From Candidatus Enterousia sp. (GTDB lineage Bacteria > Pseudomonadota > Alphaproteobacteria > Rs-D84): a stretch of DNA of 43,024 nt. The stretch spans positions 1 to 43,024 of the forward strand of contig JAZTWE010000001.1 in assembly GCA_045635705.1 (NCBI GenBank), given 5' to 3'. The position numbers were made by a program, and so were the translations under genes. The notes beneath the pieces were generated by a model that worked only from the letters and a program-made list of their open reading frames with translations, was not told where the DNA came from and did no database searches. Shown piece by piece: positions 25,638 to 34,470 of the stretch. The stretch's first letter is position 1, and every line of letters begins with the position of its first letter.

Positions 25638-27266
25638 TTAGTTTAGTGGTGCGCCCCAGTGCTGCTGTATCGTCCGTTCTGCATCCATTGGGCTGACCAA
25701 AACCTGTGGCGTCAGGATAACAACCAAAACTTCGCGGGTTGCACTGGTTTCGCGGGAACCCGACAATGCCATAAAGTCAGGATCACCCAAGCCATAACGC
25801 GTATCATTACCCGTCTGTTTTTCAAAGCCTGATACAACCAACATTTGACCCGATTCCATAATAATTTCTTGCATAAAGCTGCGTTCTTCCACTTCTGGCA
25901 ATTGCAGGGTCACTTCGCCGATTGTCTGGGTGCTCATACGCAACAATTCACGCACAGACATACGGAACAACAGCAAGATTTTTCCATTTTCCAAAACATT
26001 TGGCAACAATTGCATTGTAAACCCTGTTTCCAAATCATCTTGGTCAACCGTACTTGATTCCACCGTTGTAAAGTTGCGTGATTCAAAGCGTTTGATATAA
26101 CCTGTTGTGCGGGTATTGCTGACCGGTGCGACACGATTGCTGCGTGTTGTCACACCAACATTTGTCACCAACGATACCTTGCCCTGCTTGGCCAAGGCTT
26201 CGATTAGCGCACTGCTGCCTGCGGCCCCGGACAACGAACCATTCATAATATCGTCCTGGGTGTATGCACCATCAACAATTGACGAGCCTTCCATATGTGT
26301 TGCACCCGTCAATGCCGATACCGTATTTGACAGAACCGCGATATTCATAGAACTGGCCTCGGTCGTTGCCAGATTATTTTTTGGATTCGCAACAATATTC
26401 AACCCTGATGCCGAATTAATCGCCGCCGCCAAGTTCAACCCAAACGCAGATTCATTTGAAATCGAAACCTGCAAAACCTTGACATCAATCGTCACCAACT
26501 GTGACAGGCGTTTGTTTTGGCGTTCAATATATTCACCCACACGTGCCAATATTGATGGCGATGCCGTGACTGTAATTGTCCCCAAACTGCGCGAAACTGT
26601 AAAGTCTGCATTTTCAGACTTGCCAATAATCGATGCAATTGTCGCTTCTACTTCGTCCCATTCTTTCAGTGTTGATTCCAACGACACCTGGTTACCATCA
26701 TCTGTTGCGACCGCGGTCTGATACGAAACATCTGTCCCCAATGCATATAATGTAAATGTCTTGGTTTCTGTTTCATAGAATACAATTGAATTTTTATCAT
26801 AATACCACAACAGGTCCAAATCTGTTGCAACCTGACTCAACAGACCCGACAACTTGCCAGTATATGCAACATTAACAACCTTTTTCAGTTTATCAGACGC
26901 AACCTGGCTATCAATTTTTACCGGAATTCCAGTAATAGAATTAATATCATTTGCCAAGACCTGTAATGACACAGGTTCATTTAATAATATAGTAATACCC
27001 GTATCACTTTCAAAACGCGCCGGCAGATTATTTCTGTGTTCCAACACGGTTGATTTATTACCCAACCAAATACCTTCGGACATTGAAACAGTATCACCAC
27101 TGGCAACCTTTGCCCGTGGATTTTTGGCCATTTCAAACGCATCATACGCGTTAATAAAATCCTGGTCCACAGATGCCGCGACCTTGGCAGATTCTTGCTT
27201 TGCACAACCGCCAACGCCCGCACAAACCAGCACTGCAACGACCAAACTTTTCAATGTCTTTATCAT
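25638..27266 (-). CDS. Outer-membrane secretin lipoprotein (R64 PilN-type)
   Basis: Lipobox in MIKTLKSLVVAVLVCAGVGG|C. N-domains are followed by a C-terminal secretin-like core (...MLVVSGFEKQTGNDTRYGLGDPDFMALSG...REVLVVILTPQVL). Confidence 0.75.
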   Translation of the reverse strand: MIKTLKSLVVAVLVCAGVGGCAKQESAKVAASVDQDFINAYDAFEMAKNPRAKVASGDTVSMSEGIWLGNKSTVLEHRNNLPARFESDTGITILLNEPVSLQVLANDINSITGIPVKIDSQVASDKLKKVVNVAYTGKLSGLLSQVATDLDLLWYYDKNSIVFYETETKTFTLYALGTDVSYQTAVATDDGNQVSLESTLKEWDEVEATIASIIGKSENADFTVSRSLGTITVTASPSILARVGEYIERQNKRLSQLVTIDVKVLQVSISNESAFGLNLAAAINSASGLNIVANPKNNLATTEASSMNIAVLSNTVSALTGATHMEGSSIVDGAYTQDDIMNGSLSGAAGSSALIEALAKQGKVSLVTNVGVTTRSNRVAPVSNTRTTGYIKRFESRNFTTVESSTVDQDDLETGFTMQLLPNVLENGKILLLFRMSVRELLRMSTQTIGEVTLQLPEVEERSFMQEIIMESGQMLVVSGFEKQTGNDTRYGLGDPDFMALSGSRETSATREVLVVILTPQVLVSPMDAERTIQQHWGAPLN

Positions 27267-27299
27267 TTATTTTTCTCCTACGGAATCGGTATCAATATT

Positions 27300-28217
27300 T
27301 TATTCTTCGTTCGTGGACACAACCAAAACCCTGTTCCCCTTATAGAATTTCGCGTATGGTACAGGCATCGCGCGCCCAAAATTACGAACCAAGGCCGACG
27401 CCACATCAACAAAGCGGCCCTTGAAAACGGCACTGGCTTCAATCGGATATTCACGTGCGGTTGTCCACACCAGGTCCCAGCCTTCTTTATCACACCACGA
27501 CTGCAACACTTCACGCAGTGTCTGACCATTTGCAACGACCCATGAACGAACCTGGTCGGTCAGGTTAACTGGCGCTTCGGCATCCGCAGATACCGCAACT
27601 GCAATCTCTGCCTCTGCCCCATTATCGACAACAACTTCATCCTGGGCGACAATCGCCGCAATTTCTGCATCTGTTTTTCCGCTTTTCGCCAAGAACGCAG
27701 TATAACCATCGGCATATGTATTGCACACCTTGCGCCCACTGCGCGACACGGCCAACACATTACCGCCATCATCTTCCAACACTTCGCGATGCAGCAACGG
27801 CATTTCAGAAACATTATTGCATTCATCGGCAAAGCCCACAGGAATCTGATTCCCGTGCAACATATTTGCCCCACCAGACCACCCTGCAAATTCGCCACGC
27901 GCACCTAAATTGAAATTATTTTCAACAACCAAGTCCGCACCAATTTTCGAAACAATGCGAATATTATCGTCTGACTTCTTGGAACAAGACACGCCTTCGC
28001 ACGACACCGTCACATCAGCATCAGACCCCGCCAACGGCCACGCCGGCACATCGGCATACATATCAACAACCTCTACCTGGACATCAGTGTTTTCATCAAC
28101 AATCTTTTCCTGGGTATAAAACACTTCGGATGTGACGACCTGGGGCAATGATTCCGCAGCAAAGCAATAACCCGCCGCAGTCGCAAACATTGCAACAATC
28201 AAAATTTTACGGAACAT
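27300..28217 (-). CDS. PilL/TcpQ-like periplasmic pilus biogenesis protein
   Basis: Signal peptide MFRKILIVAMFATAAGYCFA. The C-terminus (SWVVANGQTLREVLQSWCDKEGWDLVWTTAREYPIEASAVFKGRFVDVASALVRNF) fits the TcpQ-domain pattern (W.l..G.tLre.L..W..kaGW.l.W....dy.i.....f.G.F..A...L). It lies directly upstream of the secretin. Confidence 0.5.
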   Translation of the reverse strand: MFRKILIVAMFATAAGYCFAAESLPQVVTSEVFYTQEKIVDENTDVQVEVVDMYADVPAWPLAGSDADVTVSCEGVSCSKKSDDNIRIVSKIGADLVVENNFNLGARGEFAGWSGGANMLHGNQIPVGFADECNNVSEMPLLHREVLEDDGGNVLAVSRSGRKVCNTYADGYTAFLAKSGKTDAEIAAIVAQDEVVVDNGAEAEIAVAVSADAEAPVNLTDQVRSWVVANGQTLREVLQSWCDKEGWDLVWTTAREYPIEASAVFKGRFVDVASALVRNFGRAMPVPYAKFYKGNRVLVVSTNEE

Positions 28218-28392
28218 TTATCTTCCTTTCTTTCCTTATAATTGTATTTATTATAACAATTTGACCGAATCTGTGCAAGACCTAAAACGCACCAAAAAGC
28301 CCCAAAAAACATATCACAAGATAAAATCGCACGAATCGCGAAAAGATGCTATACTAAAAAGCAAACAAATATATTCAGCCCAGGGGAAGCAT

Positions 28393-28935
28393 ATGAACAA
28401 CACTTTGATTTTAGTTTTGATTTCTTTAATTTTTGCGTCTTTGATTTTTATTGCATGGTTTATGTACCGCATAAATACACGCATCAACGACACGACCAAG
28501 ACCCTGACCCATCAATACAATCTGATTGTAAAAATGCAAAATGTTTTAAAAACCAAATACGCAACAAATGCCATTGCCGAAAACGCAGAAATGATTTACC
28601 AGGATTTGTTGCAAAACTTAATTCCAATAATGGCTGCGATTGACATCATGCCACGCAATACATCCGAACACCCACTGTGGCGTGCATTGGGCGGGATTAT
28701 GGACGAATACGCCAAGAACCCATTTGCATTGGAAAAATTGCGCCGCAGTATAAAGCTAGATTCTGAAATCGCACGCAATGTTGATAATTACATGCGCCGC
28801 GCGGATAATTTCTTGCACCATTTGACAACGACCGAACCAGATGGTTTACTGTCATCAACATTTACCGACGGTCTGTTGGGACAATCACTAACCTTTTTTG
28901 CCCAGGCCAAGCAACTTGCCCTGCAAGAATCATAA
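28393..28935 (+). CDS. Single-pass membrane protein of unknown function
   Basis: MNNTLILVLISLIFASLIFIAWFMY TM segment followed by a helical domain. RBS GGGGAAG. The track ORF starts earlier, at 28261. Confidence 0.55.
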   Translation: MNNTLILVLISLIFASLIFIAWFMYRINTRINDTTKTLTHQYNLIVKMQNVLKTKYATNAIAENAEMIYQDLLQNLIPIMAAIDIMPRNTSEHPLWRALGGIMDEYAKNPFALEKLRRSIKLDSEIARNVDNYMRRADNFLHHLTTTEPDGLLSSTFTDGLLGQSLTFFAQAKQLALQES

Positions 28936-28944
28936 CTATGCACA

Positions 28945-30273
28945 ATGCCAAAATTATCTGAAAATCTTGTCCGAAAAATTTCCAGCCTGCGCAATGAACC
29001 ATCGTGGCTATTACAATGGCGACTGGATGCATTCCGGACATGGAAAAAAATGCAAGAACCACATTGGGCCGAAATTGATTATTCCCCCATTGATTATGAC
29101 AGTTTGAATTATTACAACGAACCTGCACCTGTTGATAATTCCGACCTGGGGGCCATTTACGACAAAATGGGGCTGCCCGAAAATGAAAAGAAAGCCTTGA
29201 TGGGTATGGCAACAGATACTGTAGTTGACAGCCGTTCTGTTCACACATCCTATACGGCGGAATTACAGCGTTTGGGCATAATCTTTCTACCTTTTTCCGA
29301 TGCCGTACAACAATATCCCGAATTGGTAAAAAAATATTTGGGCACCGTCGTACCACAATCAGACAATTTCTTTGCGGCATTAAACGCGGCAGTATTTTCT
29401 GACGGAACATTTGTTTATGTTCCACCAAACACAAAATGCCCCATTGACCTGGCCAGTTATTTTCGAATTGAAACTGCAAAAATTGGTCAATTTGAACGCA
29501 CCCTGATTATCGCTGACAGTGGCGCAGAATTAACATACATGGAAGGTTGCAGTGCCCCACGCCGACCGAACCATCAACTGCACAGCGGTGTGGTTGAAAT
29601 TATCGTACACCACGATGCAACCGTAAAATACGCAACTGTACAAAATTGGTTTGCAGGTGACTTTGACGGCACAAAAAACACGGGTGGCATTTTGAACTTT
29701 GTCACCAAGCGCGGAAAATGCTTTGACAACGCAAAACTTCTATGGACCCAGATGGAGGTTGGCAGCACCCTAACCTGGAAATATCCATCGACGATTTTAG
29801 CCGGAAACAATGCGTATAGCGACTTTTATTCACTATCAATTACCCGTGGCGCACAACAGGCCGACACCGGCACAAAAATGATTCATATTGGCGACAACAC
29901 AACATCTAATATCGTATCATATGGCGTTGCCACAGATTGCTCGCACCAAACATTTCGCAGTTTGGTTTCATTTGCTGGCAACAATTCACGCAACGCATCA
30001 AAATGTGACACCAAGATAATCGGAGAAAACGCAATCGCAAACACATTGCCAACAATAATCCATAACGGCAACAACAACCATCAAAATCACGAGGCAACAA
30101 CCGGCACAATTGATGCTGCTGCGTTGCTATACCTGAACCAGGCAGGCATACAAACCGATGCAGCAATTGCACTAATCATTGGTGGTGCGGCAACGCCGAT
30201 ATTATCACGCCTGCCAATGGAATTCTTGGTTGAATCAAAACAGTTAATACAAATGGCACTAGCAACGGAATAA
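28945..30273 (+). CDS. sufB: Fe-S cluster assembly scaffold SufB
   Basis: LTYMEGCSAP (the SufB EGC[ST]AP motif), a beta-helix-like repeat region, and a C-terminus AALLYLNQAGIQTDAAIALIIGG...LPMEFLVE. Followed by sufC. Confidence 0.85.
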   Translation: MPKLSENLVRKISSLRNEPSWLLQWRLDAFRTWKKMQEPHWAEIDYSPIDYDSLNYYNEPAPVDNSDLGAIYDKMGLPENEKKALMGMATDTVVDSRSVHTSYTAELQRLGIIFLPFSDAVQQYPELVKKYLGTVVPQSDNFFAALNAAVFSDGTFVYVPPNTKCPIDLASYFRIETAKIGQFERTLIIADSGAELTYMEGCSAPRRPNHQLHSGVVEIIVHHDATVKYATVQNWFAGDFDGTKNTGGILNFVTKRGKCFDNAKLLWTQMEVGSTLTWKYPSTILAGNNAYSDFYSLSITRGAQQADTGTKMIHIGDNTTSNIVSYGVATDCSHQTFRSLVSFAGNNSRNASKCDTKIIGENAIANTLPTIIHNGNNNHQNHEATTGTIDAAALLYLNQAGIQTDAAIALIIGGAATPILSRLPMEFLVESKQLIQMALATE

Positions 30274-30277
30274 AGAA

Positions 30278-30955
30278 ATGTTAGAAATAAAAAACTTATC
30301 AGTATCCCTGGGCGACAAAAAATTATTATCAGACATCAACCTGTCTGTACAGCGTGGCGCGCGACATTTATTGGCGGGGCACAACGGTTCTGGCAAATCC
30401 ACCCTGGCCCAGGCAATCGCCGGGAATCCTGCATATAGCGTTGATTCTGGCACTATATTTTTTGATGGCCGCGACATCACATCTGAAAACGCAACCACGC
30501 GCGCATTGATGGGAATTTTTCTTGGTGCACAAAACGTTCCAGAAATCCCGGGCTTAACAGTACTAAGTTTCTTGAAACATTCTTACGTGGCCCACACGCA
30601 TTTTCAAACAGGTCACGACCTGACTATGGGGGAATTTTTGCAAAACCTAGAATCAGTCCGCACCACACTGGACATTCCAAAAACATGGCTAAACCGCAGT
30701 ATCAATGTCGGCTTTTCCGGTGGCGAACGCAAGCGTTTAATGCTATTGCGACTGTTAATGACGCGCCCACAATTTGCGATCTTGGACGAACCCGATTCCG
30801 GCGCAGATGCCGCAACCCAGCAACTGATTGCCAACACAATTGCATCAATGCCAGACACAACATTTTTATTCATCAGTCACCAGGCAAACTTTACTGAAAT
30901 GATTTGCCCAACCGATATAACAACTTTATCCAACGGCAAAGTTATGATATCATAA
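30278..30955 (+). CDS. sufC: Fe-S cluster assembly ATPase SufC
   Basis: Walker A GHNGSGKSTL (His instead of the usual Pro), ABC signature FSGGERKR, and Walker B AILDEPDSG. Confidence 0.88.
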   Translation: MLEIKNLSVSLGDKKLLSDINLSVQRGARHLLAGHNGSGKSTLAQAIAGNPAYSVDSGTIFFDGRDITSENATTRALMGIFLGAQNVPEIPGLTVLSFLKHSYVAHTHFQTGHDLTMGEFLQNLESVRTTLDIPKTWLNRSINVGFSGGERKRLMLLRLLMTRPQFAILDEPDSGADAATQQLIANTIASMPDTTFLFISHQANFTEMICPTDITTLSNGKVMIS

Positions 30956-30982
30956 TATTGACATTACCAAAGGGGGAACAAA

Positions 30983-31891
30983 ATGACAAAGACACAATCA
31001 CCAACCTTGCGAACCTGGCTATTGACCAAGCCATTAAAATACGCCATTGCGATTATGTGTCTGTTTATTTTGGTCAGTTTTATATACGGCATCTTTTCAC
31101 CAAATATGTTTGCCCCTGCATCACAAATCGCACTAGGCGGCGTCGCAACATTGGTTTGCGGACTGGCGACATTATATTTTGCATATCGCCTGCCACGGAT
31201 TCGGGTTGACCGCCCCAGTTTTGTCGCACTGCACAATGCACAAAATTTTATTATTTCTGTGACATTTTTACTGACCGCAATATTTGTCCTAACCAGTTAT
31301 AATCAGGCATTGTTGTATTTAATGTATTTGGATGCAAAATCGCACCTGCTGGTCACACTTATAATTATTGCGATTGCCCTGCTCTATCTATACATCACAG
31401 GATTATTTATCTGTAATGTTTATCTAAAATTTATGCGTGCACGCGAAATGAAAATCCCAACATGGAAGATTATATTCAGCATTCCATTTGGCTTTTCACT
31501 AATTTGGATTCCTGGCTATCTGCTGGATGCGCCCACGCCACGCAAGCCGGGTCAACCAATACACGCATCATGGTACAAAAGGCTGAACAACTGGGTGTTG
31601 TCGTGTCCACTGAATACAGTTATAACATTTACCACAATTACTGTAATGTCTGGATTCTTTTTTGGATTTAACGCTGTTTTAATAACCAGTATCGCGGCAC
31701 TAATCCTGGGGGCATGGTTAATGGCCAGCAATCAGAAAACATTGCGCAGCAATATTGGCGGCCTGTATTCTACGGTGGCCGTGATATTAAATATAATCAT
31801 GCTGGTGGCATTTTTCACAATCAGCACATCCCGCACCCCGGCACCAATTACAAGTACACAACCTGAATCCATTGAAATAACCGTACAATAA
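30983..31891 (+). CDS. Polytopic membrane protein of unknown function
   Basis: 302 aa with about 8 hydrophobic helices. RBS GGGGGA. Confidence 0.55.
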   Translation: MTKTQSPTLRTWLLTKPLKYAIAIMCLFILVSFIYGIFSPNMFAPASQIALGGVATLVCGLATLYFAYRLPRIRVDRPSFVALHNAQNFIISVTFLLTAIFVLTSYNQALLYLMYLDAKSHLLVTLIIIAIALLYLYITGLFICNVYLKFMRAREMKIPTWKIIFSIPFGFSLIWIPGYLLDAPTPRKPGQPIHASWYKRLNNWVLSCPLNTVITFTTITVMSGFFFGFNAVLITSIAALILGAWLMASNQKTLRSNIGGLYSTVAVILNIIMLVAFFTISTSRTPAPITSTQPESIEITVQ

Positions 31892-31907
31892 AAAAAGGAA
31901 CCAAACT

Positions 31908-32924
31908 ATGAACGGCATGATACTATTTGCGGGCCTGGTCTTGTTTTTGTGGCTGGGACGTTCAATTTTAATTCCGTTATTGGTCGCAACATTTTTGTGG
32001 TATCTAATAAACGCAATCGCATCATATTACCGTAAACTATTTTCAGCGCGCCCATCCATACTATTTGATTGGACATCACGAATACTGTCGATTGGCACAA
32101 TTGCAATTATTGTATATCTGTTTATAACGCAAATTAAGCCAATGTTCAGTGAACTGGTCACGGTTCTGCCCGACTTGCAGACTCGGTTAACCGACTTTGC
32201 GCATTATTTATCTAACTCTGTTGGCTTAAAGTTTGATTCCAATATGATTCCAAATATTACCAAGGTTGCTGCCAACATCGGTTCATCGGTCGCTGGCATC
32301 GCTGCATCAACAGGTATGATTTTGGTTTACATGCTGTTTATGTTTTTTGAACAAAGCACATTTGATAAAAAACTAAACGCATTATTTACCAGCAAACGTC
32401 AATCCAAGAAAATGAATTTTATCATCAACAGCATTGACGAAAACATGAAGAAATATTTATTCATCAAAACCCTGGTATCAGCAGCCACCGGCGTTGCATC
32501 ATTTATATGGTTGCAACTGATTGGTGTTGAATTTGCGGGCGTTTGGGCATTTATCGTTTTTATCACCAGTTACATTCCAACAATCGGTGCATTTATCGCA
32601 TGCACACTGCCAATATTATACTCACTGGTCACCGCCCCTGGAATCGAACAGCCAATACTAACCGGCGTTGGTCTAATCAGCCTGCAAGTATTATTCGGCA
32701 ACATTATGGAACCGAAATTGATGGGCCACAGCCTGAACCTATCTACATTGGCAATTTTGATTAACCTGGTATTTTGGGGAATGATTTGGGGCGTTGCTGG
32801 TATGTTTTTCAGTGTACCGATTCTGGTCGCAATATTTATTATCACCGCCCAATTTGATTCCACACGCTGGGTTGCGATTTTACTATCTGCCGACGGACAA
32901 ATCCCGGACAAAGACGACGATTAA
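31908..32924 (+). CDS. AI-2E family transporter (PerM/YhhT-like)
   Basis: Multi-TM protein with the characteristic C-terminal region GNIMEPKLMGHSLNLSTLAILINLVFWGMIWGVAGMFFSVPIL. Confidence 0.8.
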   Translation: MNGMILFAGLVLFLWLGRSILIPLLVATFLWYLINAIASYYRKLFSARPSILFDWTSRILSIGTIAIIVYLFITQIKPMFSELVTVLPDLQTRLTDFAHYLSNSVGLKFDSNMIPNITKVAANIGSSVAGIAASTGMILVYMLFMFFEQSTFDKKLNALFTSKRQSKKMNFIINSIDENMKKYLFIKTLVSAATGVASFIWLQLIGVEFAGVWAFIVFITSYIPTIGAFIACTLPILYSLVTAPGIEQPILTGVGLISLQVLFGNIMEPKLMGHSLNLSTLAILINLVFWGMIWGVAGMFFSVPILVAIFIITAQFDSTRWVAILLSADGQIPDKDDD

Positions 32925-32928
32925 AAAT

Positions 32929-32942
32929 CGCGCTATACGCAT
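32929..32942 (+). repeat. Perfect copy of the dispersed 14-mer CGCGCTATACGCAT, directly after the transporter stop
   Basis: taaaaatCGCGCTATACGCATaaaaac, followed by a terminator hairpin. Confidence 0.9.
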
Positions 32943-32945
32943 AAA

Positions 32946-32970
32946 AACCGGGCTTTTTTAAGCCCGGTTT
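32946..32970. terminator. Terminator hairpin shared by the convergent AI-2E transporter and ruvX genes
   Basis: AAACCGGGC-loop-GCCCGGTTT. The ruvX stop codon (32958-32960) lies in the loop. Confidence 0.7.
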
Positions 32971-33407
32971 GTTAACGCAATTGCATTTTCAAGAATAACC
33001 TTGGCTGATTCAGAATCCAGCCTCTCTTTGATATCACGAACACGCACACGTCCCATTTCTTCCTGGGCGGTGGCACTGGTTAAATTTTCTTCGATGGCAA
33101 TAATGGGCAATTCTGTTTGGCGTGACAAATCTGCGATAAACGCACGAACCAAACGCGTTGTATCACTATCGGTCCCATCATTTCGAACTGGCAAGCCAAC
33201 AACAATCCCAACAGCACCCTCATCAGTTGCAAAATCTGCAATCCGTACGGCATGATTATTCGCCCCCCGCGGCATATTAACAACCGGCCGCGTAAATACA
33301 AATTCTCTATCAGGACTGCTGACAGCGACCCCAATCCGACGCGCACCCCAGTCAATCCCAACAATACGCCCAGTCCGCGGAAAAGCCTTGAAATCTGCCA
33401 AAATCAT
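32958..33407 (-). CDS. ruvX: Holliday junction resolvase-like / pre-16S rRNA nuclease YqgF
   Basis: RIVGIDWGARRIGVAVS motif. About 149 aa from MILADF at 33407. The track ORF 32958..33767 has a spurious extension antisense to gatC. Confidence 0.85.
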   Translation of the reverse strand: MILADFKAFPRTGRIVGIDWGARRIGVAVSSPDREFVFTRPVVNMPRGANNHAVRIADFATDEGAVGIVVGLPVRNDGTDSDTTRLVRAFIADLSRQTELPIIAIEENLTSATAQEEMGRVRVRDIKERLDSESAKVILENAIALTNRA

Positions 33408-33444
33408 TGTATAATCCTTTATACTTTTTAATATAGGATTAGAA

Positions 33445-33741
33445 ATGGCATTTAGCAAGCAACAATTACAAAAATTCGCAGATTTAATTCGCATTGAAAT
33501 ATCTGATGAAAAACTGGCTGAAATGAATATTGATTCGGTCGTTGAATGGCTGGATAAATTACAGCAAATTGATACAACTGGCGTTGAACCACTGTTGAAT
33601 CCGTCCGAACATAAATTACCCATTCGCAATGACATTGTGACAGATGGCAATATTCGCGATTTGGTTTTGGCAAACGCGCCTGATAACGCCGGCACATCAC
33701 GTGGATATTTTGCTGTGCCAAAGGTTATGGACGGCGAATAA
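33445..33741 (+). CDS. gatC: Asp/Glu-tRNA amidotransferase subunit C
   Basis: 98 aa; ...FADLIRIEISDEKLAEMNIDSVVEWLDKLQQIDTTGVEPL... is typical of GatC. Confidence 0.85.
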   Translation: MAFSKQQLQKFADLIRIEISDEKLAEMNIDSVVEWLDKLQQIDTTGVEPLLNPSEHKLPIRNDIVTDGNIRDLVLANAPDNAGTSRGYFAVPKVMDGE

Positions 33742-33754
33742 AGGAACCATAAAA

Positions 33755-34033
33755 ATGCAACGCACAATATCCAAACAGTTAAACATCATATACCTTGACG
33801 ATCGTCTGGACAAATGTGATTCTGCATCTGCAACAATGCAGCTGGAATCATATTATACAAACGAAGAACCGAATCAGAAAATTGGTCACATTGGACCACT
33901 GACACACAAATTCACATACAACATTGGAAACAATGTTAATGTTGAACCAAAGATATTTGTTAACCGTGGTTGTATGTTAACTAATGTTATCCGCACAAAT
34001 TTTTTGAACGAATACATCCGCACACAAAGGTAA
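33755..34033 (+). CDS. Hypothetical 92-aa protein inserted in the gat operon
   Basis: ATG at 33755 preceded by AAGGAA. No recognisable motif and no signal peptide. Visibly more AT-rich than the flanking gat genes. Confidence 0.45.
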   Translation: MQRTISKQLNIIYLDDRLDKCDSASATMQLESYYTNEEPNQKIGHIGPLTHKFTYNIGNNVNVEPKIFVNRGCMLTNVIRTNFLNEYIRTQR

Positions 34034-34038
34034 AAGCA

Positions 34039-34470
34039 ATGTCTGATATCAAAGAAATGATTGCTGTAAATTTTGTAGAATATGAACCGTACGAACATTT
34101 TCCAAACCATGTTAAAACATTGGGATATATCAGTGATACGGACGCACTTAAATTGACGGACGCCTTTAATACATCTACGGTTGCACCAAACGCTTGTATC
34201 AAAACACTAAGCATACAATTCACTGACCATGTTCATTTTGGTAATACACCTGGGCCGGGTACGCGTTATCGTTCATTGGATATTGATGGATTGTTCTATT
34301 TAGATACAAATCCGCAATGTGTAAAAAACACAAACACCAGGGAATGGACCGACAAAAAGAAATTACTATGCTGCGCACGCAATTTACGCACCGGCAAATG
34401 CACTGACGAATTTATAAAAAACACATTGGGCGCAATTTTGTACCCACAACACTATGGAAAACAAAAATGA
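34039..34470 (+). CDS. Hypothetical 143-aa protein inserted in the gat operon, translationally coupled to gatA
   Basis: Starts 5 nt after the previous ORF. Its stop overlaps the gatA start (ATGA). No recognisable motif. Confidence 0.5.
   Translation: MSDIKEMIAVNFVEYEPYEHFPNHVKTLGYISDTDALKLTDAFNTSTVAPNACIKTLSIQFTDHVHFGNTPGPGTRYRSLDIDGLFYLDTNPQCVKNTNTREWTDKKKLLCCARNLRTGKCTDEFIKNTLGAILYPQHYGKQK

Noticed and set aside
25488-25640. CRISPR-like array suggested by the repeated GATTTAGATA motif
   Set aside because: There are only two 13-bp copies, they are far shorter than CRISPR repeats, the spacing is not regular, and no cas genes are present.
26107-26721. 204-aa plus-strand ORF antisense to the secretin. 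Similar antisense ORFs are 28862..29479 (opposite sufB), 37076..37762 (opposite gatB), 15768..16319 (opposite the VirB2-like gene) and 21005..21499.
   Set aside because: Each overlaps a motif-supported gene on the other strand and shows no motifs or translation signals of its own.
811-28217. The pilus genes as part of an integrated conjugative element or plasmid
   Set aside because: No integrase, relaxase, coupling protein, transposase or tRNA-flanked boundary is seen. The subloci are separated by core genes with similar composition.
33408-33767. N-terminal extension of the ruvX ORF overlapping gatC in antisense
   Set aside because: The conserved YqgF sequence starts at MILADF (33407). The extension is Cys/Ser-rich nonsense opposite the well-supported gatC.
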